DNA of 64,000 bases from contig OZ199839.1 of assembly GCA_964304625.1 (NCBI GenBank), positions 1,030,180 through 1,094,179 of the forward strand. The letters run 5' to 3'. Shown here piece after piece: positions 8,645 to 21,950 of the stretch. The translations under genes were made by a program, and so were the position numbers. Numbering within the stretch: position 1 is the stretch's first letter; the number at the start of each line of letters is the position of its first letter. Below the pieces are notes generated by a model, which ran no database searches, was not told where the DNA came from, and worked only from the letters and a program-made list of their open reading frames with translations. This DNA comes from Kudoa neothunni (taxonomy: Eukaryota; Animalia; Cnidaria).

Positions 8645-9910
8645 CATGCATTGTTTTGGTATGGTTAGTTTATATAGTTTATTTTTGACGATACATCATC
8701 CTACTAAAACTTTAAACATTAATGTCTCTGATAGTTCAAATATAAATAATTTTTCCAAGATTGAACTTTTATCACAAAGTTTTTATTCAAGTCATATTAT
8801 GTGAGATACTTATCTGATTTCATGTGTATTACCTATATATTATTCCTTAATTAACGATTTTAATTCAGATTTCTATATATTTACCTTTTGATACTTTTGC
8901 GAAATTAAAGTTATATTTTTTGTGCATTTTCTCTATAATTGTTTCACTGATTCTACGTCTATCAATAGTTTTCAATAACTTTGTACTCTTTATTAAGTTT
9001 CATGTAATCATCTTCACTATTCTCTACTTTCAATTCTTCTACCTGTATATTCAAAAAAACATTAATTATAGTCCACTCCAGATATGTAAGGATAAATACT
9101 TAATTAAATAAAAAAAACAATGAAAACATTATTTAATAGAGCTTTTATATTCAACTTTATATTAACATCTTGTATTATACAGGCATTTAAATTGTGGGTT
9201 ATTATATTGGACTTTAATCATAAAATTATAAAAAGTTATCAACGAATAAATCTTATACTAGCGAATGGTATTTCAAAACAACTAATGTTGATTTATTTTA
9301 GGAAAAAGATGCGATGGCTACTCTAACTCTAAACATCACAATGATTCATCTGCGAAGAAAATTGCTAATGGACATTATAATTTCAAATAAACATTGTATA
9401 ATATTGCAGGTTTAGTGAATTTAAAGTGTCTTATTGAATAAATAATAGAATTCATCATTTACATCGTGTTGGATTTGATATTCAATACAAAGATAACTCC
9501 GACAATTTATTCATTGTCTTAAACTCTATAATGAAGAAATATCCATGATATTGCAATAATGTTTCAATTTTTGCCAATTTCTAGCATGTCCAACTTTCCA
9601 AATAACTTAACTTAACTTAAGATTTACACATTCTAAAATAAATACAAAAATAATCATTAAACAATCTATTCTTGGTTATCATACATATTTGAAAGTTAGA
9701 TTGTTATTGGGCTTGTTAAGATCAAAATGTTTTAATACCTTACTCGAAAAGAAGTTATTTGTGGAAGAAAACATGATACCTTTAAAAAAATGCTGCATAA
9801 CATAAGAAACAGTTAAAAATATATTTAACATGTTGCTTCGATGCAAAGTTTCTAAAATAATTATCAGAGAACTCAAAAACGTATGTATATATATATATAT
9901 ATTGTGTGTA

Positions 9911-11663
9911 TAGTATACAACAGTTGTTGCGTAGATGGATATTGCGCATTAATTTTAGTCGCCATTAAATTTAACAAAATCTCGGAATTAAAGAGTATTA
10001 TCATTATTTGCTGATTTTAATGTTAATAAAAGTTGAACTAATAGTCAATACTGAAAAACATGTACAAATCAGGATTACATGTTGTTATTTAAATCTGAAT
10101 AGATTCATTGCTTTTAAACTATAACCAGCTGGAACTGCCCAGCGTTGCTTGGGGAAGATTTCACCTAGAGGCATTTTTTAATAGCATTCAAAAAATATAT
10201 TGAAATCTCGAATTAACCCATAGAAACAAAATAACTAAAGATTTTTAATCAACTTACTATAACGATTTGGATTATGTAATTTAAATTATTATAATTTCTG
10301 TGAAGGAAAGTATCAATCCCGACGTCCATTTAAAAATAGAAAAAATAAAAGAGATAGAAGAAAACTTATGAAAATTAATCGTTATTGTTAAACAACCACA
10401 AATTGCATCGATTTCAACATAAACAATTTAAATAATTTGGTGAAATAAAAGTACAACCATCCGCATTGAATTTAATCACGTAAAGTAAAACTTAGCGGAC
10501 AATTTAATGAAACCTATGAACGCAGTATTTCCATTATAACGCTTCAATCAACGTAACTTTAACGTTCTCCACGAATTCGTTATTTATGAAACATATATAG
10601 ATTTTTTACTACATTTAAAACCATTAACAAAACTTTAAAATATACTTATCAAGTCATATACGTTAAAACTCCGCAAATAAGGAGTGTGTTTAAACAGACA
10701 CCCAAATAGAAACGCCAACCTTTATATAAAAATAGAAAGATAGATAGATAGAAGCAGTTAATGAACATATGATGGAGCATATAAAGGAGATAGTAACTTC
10801 AACCGACCAAGTTGAACTCATTTAATCCAAAAAACAAACTTTAAATCGACAAAATCACTATTTCATTAATACTTTTTGAAACTTTCGTAGTCCAAAAACA
10901 ATTAAACGGTTTTTTTAAATATCGCAAATTTATAAAAAAGTTTATATATGGCTCTCTATCTCTATAAGGAAAAAATTATCCGCACATGCGTACTTAGGGG
11001 CATATACACACACTGACACAAACAAACATACCGACAGTCCTCTTTTATATATATAAAGGATTAAAAATTAATATTTTTAAGCCCATTGTTAAAAAATTGA
11101 AATGAATATAAATGTAAACGATTACGTAGATCATTTGCTTTTTTTACCCAACCGAACCTTGGTAAATTTAAAAGAAAAATTTATCGCAATTAATTCCGAA
11201 GGAACACCTTTCTAGATACACAAACATGATCGAATTTGCCTTTAATTCTCAACTTTTAAGTTATAATAAATCTAACAAGATGGTTGTATCTTCATTGATC
11301 AGTTACAACATAGAAAACATGTCAAGTTATAGAATTATAGAATCTGCTTTTTATTCTTATAAGAAAGATTAATCTATTTGAAATGAAAGTGACCACATCA
11401 CGCATGTATTAAACACAGAGAAACTGAACAATACTATCTTAGAAATACGCTAACACATTATAACTTAAGACCCAAATGAATTGAATGATTTCTATCCCAT
11501 TGATGGATAGGATATCTAAAATTGTAAAATATGCATAGAAATGTACTTTTATAACAATATTCCAATAAATAAATGTTAATTAGTAGTTTTCAAAAAATAA
11601 TTGTGTTTTATATTTCATACGAGCGTGATTAGATAGATATTGCGCAATAACCGTTGTTGATTA
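9911..11663. mobile_element. Non-autonomous TIR element (Tc1/pogo-like, TA-flanked), degenerate copy 1
   Basis: Degenerate TIRs (tagtatacaacagttgttgcg … cgcaataaccgttgttgatta). Internal segments 9921-10124 and 11062-11660 align by eye with 55584-57873. Confidence 0.7.
10125..11060 (-). mobile_element. Non-autonomous Helitron nested in the TIR element
   Basis: Minus strand starts A^TCCTTTATATATATAAAAG and ends with hairpin CCCAAGC-AAC-GCTGGG then CAGCTGG^T (TC…CTRR, inserted between A and T). The segment is absent from the homologous copy at 55.6-57.9 kb. Confidence 0.7.
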
Positions 11664-12129
11664 TATTCGATAATATTTGATAACAAGAAATGTTCACATC
11701 TCATCTCAGAAATTCCAACACGGCAACAACTTTAATCTCGAATTATATGTTTTATTAAAATTTGATTATGCCTCAAATTTTAAGGGAAATGCCACAACTC
11801 TTGTAAATGTGATGTTAATAGTTTTATTTCAAAATAAAGTTACTCAAAAAGGGCACACATAACATTTTTTAAACATTCTATATCATAATTAACAGATACT
11901 CTTTGTGTAGAGCGAGTAAAAGTTCATTTCAATTGATTATCAATCCGAACTAAACAAACGTCAATATTATATAGGTACTTTTCAATAAGTTATTTAAGTA
12001 GACTTCTAATAAAGATACTGAATAGATGAGTATTTTTAAGTGAATTACCGATTTTTTATAATAATACCATCCTTTCAAATGCAAACTAAAAGCTGTATTT
12101 AAAACTTTATATAAACAGTAGATTAATAT

Positions 12130-12960
12130 GGACTATTTGGAGATGTATGCATTGATGAGCAGCTAGTTTCTTTCAGAGGCCGTTGCCCCTTTAGGCAATA
12201 CATGCCCAGCAAATCAGCCAAATATGGCATTAAGTTTTTTCTCGCAGTTCATCCTAGATCACCCTATATATATATAATATCGATGTCTATTTGGGAAATC
12301 AGAACCAACTAAATAAAAAGGCAACAAACGTCGGAAAAAAGTAGTATTCAAGTTATCTAGCCTAGTGCATGGTTCCGATCGAAATTTGGTTTGTGATAAC
12401 TTTTTCACGTCTGTGCAACTGACTAACGAACTGCTAAGAAAAAACTAACCTTACTTGGGACATTTAGATCTAATAAACAAGAAATTCCACCATATTCAAA
12501 TATTTAAGACCAGTGAAAAATACCCCCTTCAATTCTTCTCCTTTTGTGTTTGGTGGTAGAAACATGATTTAAAGGTATTGCCCAAGAGAAAAAAACCTGC
12601 GTACATGTTGTGCACCTCTGCAACTAATACCCACGTTTCCGAAGAAGAGCCCAACAAATCTGATGTAATAGTTCGTTATAACTCTGCAAAGGGGGAGTTG
12701 AGACTGTTTCTTGATTATTTGCATCGGTAAGTGTGAGAAGATTTATTAGACGCTGTCCCCTGATTGTATTCTTCAACATGGTTGATATTTGATTGATAAG
12801 TGGGTTTTCTATTTATAAAGAAATATTTAATCAAGCCGGCATAATGTGAATAACGCTCCAACAAATTCGATTCGTAGGTGTCAATTTTGTGCAAGAAAAA
12901 AAAGATCTTAAAACGTCATAGTTTCAACGCTTACGCGTAATGTTGTAGAAAACATTCTAA
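12130..12960 (+). pseudogene. piggyBac (PGBD4-like) transposase remnant
   Basis: Frameshifted peptides CIDEQLVSFRGRCPFRQYMPSKSAKYGIKFF, CDNFFTS, GTFRSNKQEIP and YNSAKGGVE. Confidence 0.85.
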
Positions 12961-13003
12961 AACAATTTTCTTGAATCATTATGATAATTTCTTTGTTGGT
13001 TAA

Positions 13004-14558
13004 CCCATTCGCGTCCAGTGTGCATTTGAATGCATATAAAAACACAATATTTTAATACACTTAACTACTGTTTCATACAACACATTTGATGTATCATAAG
13101 CAATACTTAATTGTCTTCACTACTTTAAGAAAATATTAAGTTTTTCATCTATATATTGAGCATGCTCCAAATATGAAAGATTACACACACAAAATTAATC
13201 AATGTCAATTTTAAAAATTAATTTGAATTGTTCTTAACAAATAACAAAATATATAAAAGTATTTTGGTAACAAGTTATAAGAATCAATAGTTATTCTGCC
13301 TGACGCTGATATTTCAGAAAACCATAATGAGGCTACAGACGAAAAAAGAATACAGCTCGAATACCAAATTTATTCGGAATATATAGAAACCAACTTTCGA
13401 TGAAAATGCTAATTATGAGAATTCAGAGTGTTATTTTGAAGAAAGAAATGGACTTTTTAATCCTATCGATTATTTCAAACAAACCTTTATTCCAGACAGT
13501 CAAATTCATGTTTCAAAACTGATAGTGATGAAATAGAAAAGTTTATTGGAGTTCTCATCTTAATGGGTATAGATATAGTAAGGAAGCCTAGATATCGTTG
13601 TTATTGACAACAATGTTTGGACTACTTAAGATCAAATTGCTTAAAGATTCAACCCCAATGGAATTTACCTGTAGATGAATGAACAGATGATACCATTTAA
13701 AGTTAGATGCTGTTCAAATCAATATATGCCTAGAAAACCAACCAAATGGGGATTTAAAATGTTAACTTGAGGATATTTTATTGGGGAATAAATACAGCTA
13801 TGGTGAACTTTTAGCTATTGTACAAGAGAAATAAAAGAGAGTAAAATATTTTATTTACTGAATTTCGCCTATTCAGTATGTGAGACTTTAATAATTATTA
13901 AAAAAGGAAACAAACGTAAAGTTAAAGCGCGGGAGACCACCATTATCGATAGAGAATGAACCGGAAAATTGTGTATTCCTCTCTGTCTTATGATATCCGA
14001 TTCGGCAATGTTGGGCCTTACCCAAAGTCACGCAAATCAAATGCATTAATGCAAAGCGAGTTGTTTCCAAGTTAAAGAAAGGAATTGTTTCTGCGAATTT
14101 CATCAAAAATTATATTAATTAGATTGAACTATTCAGTATGTTTCGTTATATTGTGTGTATTTTCTTGCAAATTATGATGTCATTTTGTCTTCTAACCTTA
14201 GTGAAATTAAATAAACCGAACCAATACGTGTTAAAAAATAAATTTATAATAAAAAATTTGCATTACGTTGACATCATAAATCTATTTATATTATTATTAA
14301 GAAAAATGAAATAAATTTTGAAATTTAAAATAATTATTCATTAAATCTAATATTAGAATAGTTACTTTGAATCTTTTATTCATTTTCAACTTTTTTTACC
14401 ATTTAGTCCCAGTATACATTTAAATGCACATGAACAAAATTTAAAAAATCTTCATAACAAAATTATTTTTTCAAATTAAAATTTTTAATTTTTACTAATT
14501 AATATCCCCTTAACAATATATATTATTTATGAAAAATAAAACATAGAAAGTGAAAGGG
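13004..14558 (+). mobile_element. Internally deleted piggyBac element (PGBD2/3-like)
   Basis: TTAA|CCCATTC … GAAAGGG|TTAA ends. Remnant peptides DEIEKFIGVLILMG, QYMPRKPTKWGFKM and the C-terminal ERNCFCEFH. Confidence 0.75.
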
Positions 14559-17500
14559 TTAATATCTTGCCTCATTTATATCGAGATAGAATTAATTAAA
14601 CATTTTGACCACTAAAAATATTGTAATTAAGAATTAATAAAATTTTAACCGCGCACACGCAGTTAATTGAAGTTAGCAATTTTGCTTAAAATTCGAATAA
14701 AAGTTAAATAAATAATTTATTGATCAACGATATTATTTATCATCCCGACATTGTAAAATTATCCTTGAAAGGTAGACACCTTTCAAAAATTGACACTTAT
14801 GAAAGAATGCGGGTGCCATATCAGTAAAACATCCATTACAGAATCAAATAATTATCGAATATTACGCGAATTTTCAGTAAACTTGTTGATCAAAAACATG
14901 GGAAAAAATTCCATTAAATATTTATTAATGTCTATTATTTATACAAAAAAAGATTTTTGCATTAAATTCACATTCTACTATATAATAGACCCTTCATTGT
15001 TAACTCTATTTTAATAAATATATTAATTAACAAAAATAGAACTTTCATATAGCAAAATTATTTCGATCATTATAAAATCGTTTTTCACTTTAAAAAAAAA
15101 CATTTAAAGTATATATTTTAAAACAAAGCCGCAACACAACTAATTAATATAATACATACTTTAATAAAATTGAGGATATTTGATAAATAATTTAAATTAC
15201 CTTTATATTCCCACATTTTTCTTTTGTAACGAGAATTTTAAATCCTTTTTAATCTGCTCACTAAAATGAAAAATGGGAACGAACGAGTTCAAATATTTGT
15301 TTGTACGATTGGATTATCCATTAAAACAAGATGGGATCCGCGAGGAAGAAAGGTTAAGAAACATTGTTCCAAATAAAGAAAATAAATTTTAATATAAAGC
15401 AACTACGATCCTTATTTTTTACATTTGCGTCAAAGACGTTTATACCACCTTTAGAAGCTAAGCTTTCACGCAAAAGTGCTTCCTTGAATCATAATGCAAT
15501 TTCGAAACGTCCGCGACTTCATTATGAAAGAAATCTTCATCGTTCTTAACCCTCCAAAGAATAATTAAAACCAACATTACTATTAGTGCACTCTTTAAAA
15601 TTTCTCAATTTTTTATCTATTTTCCTAAATATTTGTACAGTATATAATAATAAAATTATGGGGAAAATGATCATACGAAGAATGATACTTCGAGTTCATT
15701 GTTTTAGTTGATAAGTTGAAGACTATGTATTGCTCACGAAACAAAAAGTTTATATAAATTTTTAAAAATCTGATCCGAATTATCTAATTATTTGAACAAT
15801 TCTTACATGTTTTCGATAAATGAACTGAGCAATAATATTTAATGCAACATTAGTCTGGGTCCCTAAAAATGGATTAACTGAGAGTGTAAGTGTATTTTTT
15901 AAATGATTTTAAAGGGATTCTTCAACTCAAAATATTTGTGTAACCTGAAAAAGGCAGGGTTTCGTGCTAGTTTAGATTAAAAAAGCTGAAAAAATATTAC
16001 GGTCTAAGTGAAAATAAACAATAATTGTTATTTTCGGTTATGTATTAAATTATTTATTATAGACATTAAGTTAGTCATTAAACAATGGCTTACATTTTAT
16101 GGTCATGCCCTAACAGCTCACGAATAATTACAAAAAAGATTTAACAGGTAACAATTTTTAGAATTAGTTTATCAAATAATAATCTGGGGTCAAATTGACC
16201 CCAAAAGACCTCCGGAGATTGTTTTTTAGCCACTTTAGAACTTTAGAAGGTTAATAACTAATTCAGGAAAATTTATAGAAAAAGAAACCACAATGCAGGT
16301 AGATCTTTAGATATTCTACAATAATCAAATTCTATATGTATAATTTTCGGATATGATATATTCAAAGAAGGTCGATAATTAGGACAAAATTAAATTGTAA
16401 AAGTTATTGTGGTTTAAAAAAAATTAACCTTTTTAAATGAGATATTCCAATATACAATGACTTTATGCAACAAAAAGGTGTTCACGCGAATAGGATAATA
16501 ACATATGAAGCGCTTTTCAAGCGATAGACAGGATTAAGACTAACAAAATGGAACAATGCATTCAAAATTATTTAATAGATTTCATTTTCCATTGAATAAA
16601 AATAATAATTAATTTTTTTATGATAATTTAATTAATTTTTTTGTTACGAAGAATATGCATGTTTTATACGAGCGTGTACATAAATTACTCATACAAGTTC
16701 ATCTTAACGTTTCCTTCATATGTTTTAAAAAATAATTAACGATTTGGCCTCATTTATAAGGTTTTAACACAGAAACGCTTTAATAAAGGATTGATGTTTA
16801 AGGGGATTAGGTGGGTAAATACATGCGAACGTAATTTATATGTGCATTACAACAATGAAATACAACATTACTTTTATATCTTGAATCAATGGGAAAATTG
16901 ACGTTTATCATCCATACATTACTTTGATATCCCTTTTTAGTGTATCTAAATAAATTGTCAACAAAAAAAGGCAACAACGACTTTTTATATTATAACCATC
17001 GAAACATTCTAATGGTTTTTTAATGCAACAGAATAAATATGACTTAATGTAATATAGTTTTTTAGTTTAATAAACAAAAAATTACGTAGCCAATAAGGTA
17101 TAGATGCAGTTGTGAACAAATAGTCAATTTATCTTCGAGAATTAGCAATTTCGCACACTGCCATATACGCACTATATTTCTCTATCATTTAAACCATAAC
17201 TCTTAAACGTAAGTCATTAGGTGCTTTATTTTTAAAATTAAAACTTCAGCGTGCGCCTTTCCATTATCAATCCACGTGGCAACGTAATTTTCGTATCAAA
17301 GCATGTTGAAGTTATCCGCTGGCTAATCCTAGAGCTTAAATCTTGATCTGTGTTAATTTCCCCCCTTTATATTTAATCCTAAATATTATATGCTCATGAG
17401 ATACACTATTTGAATCAAAACAACTTCAATTCATAGGTTGAATACATCGTTCACTTTCTAGATTGCGCTATTGTCAATTATTTCTATCCCTTCATTACAT

Positions 17501-18088
17501 TCCTAGAAGGCATCAATAATGTAATACAGTCAGTGATCGATTTTACGCATCTTTTAAAAATCAACACAATTCGAATAATCAAATGTACAATTAATATATA
17601 TTTTTTTAATGTTTATATTAAAAAATTGGATTTAAATAATATAAGGTTGAGAAATTTCAATATTGTTAATCACGTGACAGTTCGCTTTTAAGCACTTTTT
17701 TCGGAAGGTTAATGAAAAAAATAGATAAATATTGGGCTGATGTTTACAAAAGAACAGTAGATAATTCCTTGATCTTCATGCAGCCGCCGGGATTAAAACG
17801 CTCATTATACGATTCATTCGATAATCTTAATGTTCGATAATTTATGCTGTTGGCGTTTCTTAATAGATTAAGTTATACATACTCCAGTAGAATACATTTA
17901 ATTGTAAGTGTTTATGAAAATTAAAAAATTACATAAGTAAATTTCAAAAATGACTTGTGACGTGGGATTAACCCGCATTATCGGAATCAAACTCATTAAA
18001 GCGCTTGTGCTATGACATTTTTCTTTTTAGCTTTTATCTATAAATATTTTTTAACATTTGTTTTGTTATTATGTGTGTTGAAATACTA

Positions 18089-20338
18089 CAGTAGGTGACC
18101 GATTTTCGGTAACTTCGGACTTTGTTCCATTAGAATATTGTTTTAATATTTAAAAATGGGGGTTTTCACATTATTATCGCTTAACTGATTTCCCGTAACT
18201 TTTCAGCTTTAGGTGGATTTAGTGGTGTGCCTTTTTTTACATTTGTAATGTCTGAAAAAGTTAAAAATAGGGAAATAATAAAACTAAAATAAAAATCTAT
18301 TATTTTTTTAAAGTATACTAAACAGGAGTGCATAAATACTACTTTTAGTAAATTTAAGCTCCTTTCTATTTCTACTCTTGATATCATCCTGATTAGGAAG
18401 AAAGATATAGTTTTATCTTATAAACTGGCTTGGCTTCTTCGGAGAGAAATAATTTTAAACAGTGTTCAAATCACGACATCGATACTATGGTAATGACTGT
18501 GAATTATTTGAGATAAAAAATTGAACCTAAACGTAGTAATGACCCATGATTGATTTCTTTGTTTTAAATCACGATTTAATTTAAAAATATCATTATCTAC
18601 GACGATGCTGCTGCTGCTGCTGTTTATGTTGACTAAAGTTTTGTAGAAAATTGGTAATCTAAAGGTAGTGGCTATTACCACGGGAATCAATTTCTCTGCA
18701 ATTGTTATCTCTATTAAATAACTAATTTCACATTACTATTATTTATATTTTTCTCTACTAAATTATAGAATTAGGTAACAATTGAGAATATCTTTTTTTA
18801 CATATTTATATTGTTTATTTTATTGATCGCATTCCATAATTAAATGAAAGATTTATTTATCTTAGTTTAAAATACAATCAAAATTGTATTGTATCATTTT
18901 CTATCAATAATAAGGTTAAAGTTGAAGAATTTTGTGTGGATTATATTGAAGGCAAATGGATTTAAATGATTAAAATACGCGTTTAGAACTTCATTTGAGG
19001 TATCAAAATTAACTGGGTTCAGTAATATTTTGGTTATATTGTATTTCCTTTCTATTCCCATTGATTTGAGAGCGTCAAAGAAATAACGGAAAAAATCATT
19101 AAGATTTGAAAATTTCTTTATTTTCTGTTTTAATTGACCATTAATGGCTTCTAATCTATTATTGGTCAAGTTTCCATAGGAACGATATGCTACACTTAAT
19201 CCTATGACCCCTTCATCAGCGATTGTTTCCTTATTGGATTTAAAATAGTTAGTAAACTTATCGCTGCTTTGTTGAAAAAGATTATTGCACAGTTTATCGA
19301 ATTCCTGTTTATTTTTCGAATAGATAATTTTATTGAGTTTCAAGCAATTGGCCCCGTTTCTCTTGAGTGATACCATATTTCGACATAGTTATTTCACGTC
19401 TAAAACTTTGGGAAACATAAAATATGAAAATCATTAGATTGGAGTGTGGTGCTTGTCAGTAATGATCGTTCGGACATTTTGAGTCATGTTCGGCATCATT
19501 TTTATTAGTTGAGAAATATACCACTTAATTGACTCCGCCGTTTCATCGTACAAGACGCAGTCGCTAGTTATGTAGGTTTCACCAACCGAGTCTTTTGCAA
19601 CAGACAGATACAATGGCGCACTAATAAACAAATGAAACAACGAAATAGAGAAAACCTCTTAAGATTACCGTGAGTCTAGCAGTTTATAGGTTGCATTGAA
19701 TCTCTTGTGATTGGAAATCACAAAAACTATGTTGTTTTAAAAATGCTAAATAAAACAGGAAAGAATGGATGATTAGGGAAGTATTTAACAAATATCTTTC
19801 TAATTTTGACAATGTATTCAAAACGATACCGCTGCAGTTAGCAGTGATATAAATACATCCTCCCAAGGTATGCTTCAAACATTGTTCCTAATTAAAAAAT
19901 CATGGGACGGTGTTTCAAAGGATATCGTATTTAATTGTTTCAGAAAATATTAATTTAAGCAATAAAGAATTCTCAGCTGGAAATTCCGAAATTATTCAAA
20001 AGGAAGTCATTATGTCTACATCAAAACACTTTGACGAGCTTGCTCCTTTGATTGTTGAATCTGCGGATTCTGGAACGGAAGAATTTATATCAGAAAAAGA
20101 TTTATTTAAATTTTTAAACAAGCTGAATAGATATACGATAGAGAGGAATTGATTATCTAAACGAAATAATGACTTAAGATGATCAAATTACGACATACGT
20201 CTTTAGAAATATGAATAAAAATAACATATTATTTCAATAAAAGGAGATGAATGTATAAATTAAATTAATTTCTTTAAAATAGGCATATATTTTTGTATTT
20301 GCGTGCGCAGAAAATTACGGAAAATCGGTTATCTACTG
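18089..20338 (-). mobile_element. TIR element (27-bp imperfect TIR, TA flanks) containing a decayed Mutator/ZSWIM-type transposase
   Basis: TIRs CAGTAGGTGACCGATTTTCGGTAACTT and CAGTAGATAACCGATTTTCCGTAATTT (23/27 match). ORF fragments 19434-19640 (PLYLSVAKDSVGE…DETAESI…IITDK) and 18894-19376 (TNNRLEAINGQLK) resemble the MULE domain. Confidence 0.75.
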
Positions 20339-20679
20339 TATTTTATTTAATTCAATGAACAATTTTCTAATCTAGAGACTGAATATAATGTCTAAAAAAT
20401 ACTTAGACAATTTCTATATCCATGAATTAAAAAATATTTTCTTGTATATCCTTAATTCATATTTAAGAAGATAAATAGGTTTTGTCTCTAAAACCTCAAC
20501 AACTAAAAGAGATATTGCTTCAAAATGATTTTTGTTTTCATTATTACAAGTTAGTTGAACAAAAAACAACTTTATAATTATTATAGATGAGTTTCCTTTT
20601 TCATACGTAAGTCGAGCGATTTTCATTATGTTAGAAATTTACTAATACAATATTCAAATATAATTTAGAAAAGGGTTTT

Positions 20680-21054
20680 TTAGTCTTTCCTAAACATGTA
20701 GGCATCTATACACGAATCGATCATATCATCCCTTTTATTAGTGACATGTCGGAGGGATCTTTTGAGAGCATTCCAAGTCGACTCTATTTTGTTTGTGTGA
20801 AGTCCTTCCGAATTTACAAATTCATATTTGTGGATTACAACAGAATGTTGAAACCCCAATTCATCCAGACGTGAATATGAAGGCCAACCATCCGTTACAA
20901 TTAGGGATCCTTCGATGACATTTCTGCAAATCATGTCCTCGAGGGTTGCTTGGTCCCTTATTAAAGTTTTATCAAAAAAAACCTTATTGTTTGTTATGTA
21001 CATAATCTCTTCCCAGCCCTGTACACAAACCTGGTAATTAGTTGAGTAATCCAT
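20680..21054 (-). pseudogene. Merlin/ISXO2 (IS1595-like) transposase remnant
   Basis: RDQATLEDMICRNVIEGSLIVTDGWPSYSRL…HSVVIHKYEFV…GLHTNKIESTWNALKR is a typical ISXO2 DDE core; the N-terminal part is lost. Confidence 0.85.
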
Positions 21055-21229
21055 TTAATCCATTTTTCATATTCATTGTATTTTTGTGTCAACGTGTTTT
21101 CCCTTGCTAACGTTTTGCTAAACTTGGACACAACATTGTTAGAGTCTATTTCCCAAATAATCCAAGTATCATGATCATTTCTGTGCTGGAATGTATCAAC
21201 GCTAAATAATTTAAAGTGCAATCTAATAC

Positions 21230-21950
21230 GTTATTTTTTTACCTTGAAGTATGTTTAAAACATTGGACAAACAATTCTAAACTATATTTTTATTGTTTCA
21301 TAAGTTTTTGTACATGTCAAAATTGAATAATAACAAATTCGGACAAATATGCTAATTGTAAATATTTCAAGATGTTAACACAATATCTTAACTAAGGTTA
21401 TTATTTCCATCGATACACATATAATTGACCAAAACTAATAAATTTATAGAAATAACAATTCTTTGAAGTTATATTAACAACATTTTTACGTTCATCGAAT
21501 GCTATACTAAACACATATGTAAGAATTCCTCCTAAAAAGTAATAATTTTCTATAACCTATCTTAAATCATTACCCTATTGAAATTAATCAGCTCCAAGAA
21601 AATTTAGAAAATATATTTAGAGGGCACGTGGTTGTCTTCTCGATTTTAAACTATCCATACTTAAAACCTGTATAATTAAATTTGGTATTGTAAAATTTGT
21701 GTTTATATGATAAAACATATGAAAGAGAACAATTCAATGTTCGGATGAAAAATTCTTAAAAGTTGAAAGCTATTATTTTATTTTGTTATCAGGAATAATG
21801 AAAAAAGAAATTCGAAAAAAATGCGCAAGAGAATGTATTTTAGGTGTCGCATACTTCACCATTACCTGATATTTTATTGTACTATTCAATGGTGAAATGC
21901 GTAAAGATTTATAAAAATTTAAGAATAATTTTAAAGATATTTTGACGAAT
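21230..21950. repeat. Terminal region of the Merlin-type element; inverted homologue of ~53505-54420
   Basis: By-eye alignment, e.g. 21580-21760 matches the reverse complement of ~53770-54030, and 21830-21880 matches 53629-53690. Confidence 0.7.

Noticed and set aside
8597-8647. MAWLAQLVERETFNLEA as an ordinary protein N-terminus
   Set aside because: It is simply the translation of the tRNA 5' part. The ATG at 8647 is in host flank and may be coincidental; it is treated only as part of the dual-coding hypothesis.
15943-15971. Hairpin followed by CTAG|T, resembling a Helitron 3' end
   Set aside because: No matching 5' end could be placed.
16183-16254. Palindrome GGGGTCAAATTGACCCC and AGG|TTAA end; similar isolated ends near 17710, 22300, 24450, 26547 and 35327
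   Set aside because: Probably piggyBac/MITE termini, but partners could not be paired confidently.
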